Shown here: positions 61,311-64,000 of the stretch, piece by piece | Position numbering within the stretch: position 1 is the stretch's first letter | Layout: every line of letters starts with the position of its first letter | Assembly (NCBI GenBank): GCA_963666185.1 | Contig: OY762634.1 | Coordinates: 1,716,235 to 1,780,234 of the forward strand | Source: Dehalococcoidia bacterium | GTDB lineage: Bacteria; Chloroflexota; Dehalococcoidia; Lucifugimonadales; UBA1123 | Direction of reading: 5' to 3' | Length of the DNA stretch: 64,000 nucleotides | Notes under the pieces: model-generated | What the model was told of the DNA's origin: nothing | Databases searched by the model: none | Seen by the model: the letters and a program-made list of their open reading frames with translations, nothing else | Translations under genes and position numbers: made by a program

Positions 61311-62649
61311 ACTCGAATCCGCCAATCCGATTATCGAACAACTCATGACGGTCCCGCTCTCGCGCAGACAAGATATGTTTGACGAGATCGAGAGCGAACT
61401 GCCGCGTCACGTCGCGACCCATGTCAAATACGACTGGTCCCTATGGGCGAGGAGCGAACAACTCCCGCCCGACCACCCCTGGCATATTTGGACGCTTCTC
61501 GCCGGCCGCGGCTTCGGCAAAACCCGCGTCGGCGCGGAATGGGTACGCGCTCGCGCCGAATCCGGCCTGTCACGCAGAATCGCCCTCGTCGCCCGCACTC
61601 CGCACGAAGCCGAATCCGTCATGATAAACGGCGAATCCGGCATACTCGCCGTCTGCCCGCCTTGGGACAAGCCCAACTGGGAACCCACCAAGCGACGCCT
61701 CACATGGCCCAACGGAGCCATGGCCTTCGTATTCTCCAGCTACGAACCCGACCAACTCAGAGGCCCTCAGTTCGACGCCGCCTGGTGCGACGAACTCGCC
61801 TCATGGCAATACCCGCAACTCACCTGGGACAACCTCGCCTTCGGACTGCGGCTCGGCCCAAGCCCGAAGTGCGTAGTAACCACAACCCCAAAACCCATAG
61901 ACCTCGTGCGCGAACTCGCCAACCGCCAGGACGTCACCCTCACCACCGGGTCATCCTACGACAACTCCCGCAACCTGCCCCCCGGCTACCTCCAGGCCAT
62001 CCGTGGCCGCTACGAAGGAACGACCGCCGGACAACAGGAAATCTACGCCCAACTTCTCGACGAAGCCGACGGCGCGCTCTGGAAACGCGAATGGATAGAC
62101 CAAAACCGCGTCGAATCCGTCCTCGACGAGCTATACATGAAAGTCCTTGCCATAGACCCCGCCGTCACCTTCAACCCAAACCGCAGCGACGAAACCGGCA
62201 TCATCGTCGCCGGCATCAGCCACGACTCGACAAAGCCGCCCCACGAAAGGCGCTGCTACGTCCTCGAGGACGCCTCCGGCATAATGACCCCCGACGGCTG
62301 GGCGCGCCGCGCCGTCCAACTCGCCAGGAAACACGACGTCCGCTACATCACCGGCGAAACCAACCAGGGCGGCTCCCTAATCGAATCCGTCATCAGGCAC
62401 GCCGAAGGAGGCAGAGAAGTCAGATTCAAGGGCGTCCACGCCACGCTCAGCAAACGCGCCCGCGCCGAACCCATCGCCGCCCTCTACGAACAGGGCCGCG
62501 TCCGCCACGTCGGACGATTCCCCCAACTCGAAGACCAGATGTGCGGCTGGACTCCCCAATCCTCCAACTCCCCCGACCGCATGGACGCCCTCGTCTGGGC
62601 CATCACAGCCCTAACCGAATTCAAAACCGGCCTCCACCTCTGGGTCTGA
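61288..62649 (+). CDS. Phage terminase large subunit (GTA/HK97-like family)
   Basis: 453 aa. Walker A-like 'LLAGRGFGKTRVGAEWV', Walker B 'AAWCDELASW', and C-terminal nuclease-type 'LAIDPAV...DETGIIVAG' and 'SPDRMDALVWA'. Confidence 0.7.
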   Translation: MTTTTTAELESANPIIEQLMTVPLSRRQDMFDEIESELPRHVATHVKYDWSLWARSEQLPPDHPWHIWTLLAGRGFGKTRVGAEWVRARAESGLSRRIALVARTPHEAESVMINGESGILAVCPPWDKPNWEPTKRRLTWPNGAMAFVFSSYEPDQLRGPQFDAAWCDELASWQYPQLTWDNLAFGLRLGPSPKCVVTTTPKPIDLVRELANRQDVTLTTGSSYDNSRNLPPGYLQAIRGRYEGTTAGQQEIYAQLLDEADGALWKREWIDQNRVESVLDELYMKVLAIDPAVTFNPNRSDETGIIVAGISHDSTKPPHERRCYVLEDASGIMTPDGWARRAVQLARKHDVRYITGETNQGGSLIESVIRHAEGGREVRFKGVHATLSKRARAEPIAALYEQGRVRHVGRFPQLEDQMCGWTPQSSNSPDRMDALVWAITALTEFKTGLHLWV

Positions 62650-62685
62650 CCCAGGGTCTTTCCGTTTTCGCCTCGTGTTCGATCT

Positions 62686-62724
62686 CTCGTTCGCCCTGAG
62701 CTTGTCGAAGGGCCGCCACGAACG
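62686..62724 (+). repeat. REP3 repeat
   Basis: 'ctcgttcgccctgagcttgtcgaagggccgccacgaacg', with 'cgttcg/cgaacg' inverted ends, 37 nt after the terminase stop. Confidence 0.75.
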
Positions 62725-62838
62725 TAATTGGTTGATAATCGAAAGACCCTCGGGTGAAACCACCAACCACCGACCACTGACAACCGACCACTAATAACTG
62801 TAAACTAATAACTAACAACTAAACACCAAGGCGGAAAC

Positions 62839-63771
62839 ATGAAACTCAACGATTTCCTATGGCTCGGCGACCTCGCCTCCGACGAGATAGCCGAGATAGT
62901 AGCCAAGGCCCGCGCCATGAAGGAAGGCGTCACCCCGAAGGCCATGGACGGCAAAGTCGCCGCCCTGCTCTTCGAAAAACCCTCCCTCCGAACCCGCGTC
63001 AGCTTCGAGGTCGGCGTAAAGCAGATGGGCGGCTCCTGCATATACCTCAGCCACTCCGACGTCGGACTCGGAACGCGCGAACCCGCCGAGGACGTAGCCC
63101 GCGTCCTAGACCGCCTCGTGGACGTCATAGTAGCCCGCGTCTTCTCCCACCGAAACCTGGAGCTGCTCGCCGACTACTCCGCCGTCCCCGTCGTCAACGC
63201 CCTCTCCGACCTGGCCCACCCCTGCCAGGCAATAGGCGACCTGCTCACCATGAGCGAACATAAAGGCGACCTGAACGGCCTGAACGTAGCCTACGTCGGC
63301 GACGGCAACAACATAGCCTCCAGCCTCGCCATAGCCTGCTCCTCCGTCGGCGCGAACTTCGCCATCGCCTCCCCTCCCAGGTACAAGGTGCCGCCTATAT
63401 CCTGGGAAGCCGCCGAGCGCCGCGCCGCCGAGAAGGAAACCAAGCTCCGCTGGACCGAAGCCCCCGAAGCGGCCGTCGAGGGAGCGGATATAGTCTATAC
63501 TGACGTATGGATTAGCATGGGCGACGAGGAAGAAGCCGACGAGCGCCGCCGCATATTCGAAAGCTACCGCGTCGGCTCAACCCTCATGGAACGCGCCGAC
63601 AAAGACGCCGCCTTCATGCACGATATGCCAGCCCATCGCGGCGAAGAGATTGAAGACGATATGCTTGACCACCCTCAATCCATCGTCTTCGACCAGGCCG
63701 AAAACCGCCTCCACGCCCAAAAAGCCATCCTAGCCGAACTGCTAACCAAACCACCGACCACTAGCCACTAA
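62839..63771 (+). CDS. argF: Ornithine carbamoyltransferase (non-canonical motifs)
   Basis: 310 aa. 'SLRTRVSFE', 'HPCQ', 'DVWISMG', 'FMHDMPAHRGEE', 'VFDQAENRLHAQKA'. Confidence 0.85.
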   Translation: MKLNDFLWLGDLASDEIAEIVAKARAMKEGVTPKAMDGKVAALLFEKPSLRTRVSFEVGVKQMGGSCIYLSHSDVGLGTREPAEDVARVLDRLVDVIVARVFSHRNLELLADYSAVPVVNALSDLAHPCQAIGDLLTMSEHKGDLNGLNVAYVGDGNNIASSLAIACSSVGANFAIASPPRYKVPPISWEAAERRAAEKETKLRWTEAPEAAVEGADIVYTDVWISMGDEEEADERRRIFESYRVGSTLMERADKDAAFMHDMPAHRGEEIEDDMLDHPQSIVFDQAENRLHAQKAILAELLTKPPTTSH

Positions 63772-63805
63772 CCACTAAAAACCAGGAACTAAGGACTAAA
63801 AACTA

Positions 63806-64000
63806 ATGCCCAAGCCCGTAGTAGCCATAGTCGGACGACCAAACGTCGGCAAGTCCACCCTGTTCAACAGGCTGGTCGGGCGAAGCGTGGCCATCGTATC
63901 CAAGCAATCCGGCACAACCCGTGACCGCGTCACCATGGAAACCACCTGGGCCGACCACCCCTTCATACTCGTGGATACCGGCGGCCTCGAACTCTTCCCC
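63806..64000 (+). CDS. der: GTPase Der/EngA (5' part, runs off the window)
   Basis: '[23 protein letters not shown]' (G1) and 'LVDTGG' (G3). Confidence 0.85.
   Translation, partial: MPKPVVAIVGRPNVGKSTLFNRLVGRSVAIVSKQSGTTRDRVTMETTWADHPFILVDTGGLELFP

Overview
High-GC (about 60-65%) bacterial chromosomal window. It looks like a monoderm, Chloroflexota-like lineage. That call is inference only, from the Firmicute/Chloroflexi-style ribosomal gene order, the long Pro/Ala/Thr linkers after lipoprotein signal peptides, and the many CaiB-type CoA-transferase and family-5 solute-binding genes. The backbone is a nearly complete str/S10/spc/alpha ribosomal-protein supercluster on the minus strand (rpsL-rpsG-fusA-rpsJ...rplQ-truA-rplM-rpsI, about 30.1-53.1 kb). 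Its intergenic spacers carry many copies of several short repeat families (REP-like hairpins, MITE-like elements, an AT-rich motif). Other housekeeping genes: prfA-prmC, ruvB, argF, der (3' partial), two peptide-type ABC importers without ATPase genes, a znuABC-like metal uptake operon, a PfkA-family phosphofructokinase, a HAD dehalogenase, a class-III aminotransferase, two translationally coupled family-III CoA-transferases, an HpcH-family aldolase, crcB, and a MoxR-DUF58-DUF4129-TauE operon. Lower-GC accessory inserts lie between these. (i) The best candidate for a novel system is a two-gene module at 25.45-26.49 kb: a small 3-TM protein plus a ThsB-like TIR-domain protein. It has no ThsA-type partner and is bounded by a 135-bp MITE and an orphan antitoxin. 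(ii) HIRAN, Mrr-like nuclease and a Phd antitoxin with a decayed VapC, at 0-2 kb. (iii) A DUF433-MazF toxin-antitoxin hybrid. (iv) A DUF5678 plus retropepsin-like protease pair. (v) A terminase-containing prophage remnant. (vi) An extremely His/Cys/Glu-rich repeat peptide upstream of znuA. (vii) A secreted double-Cache plus 15x plant-type LRR protein. No rRNA, tRNA or CRISPR array was recognised.
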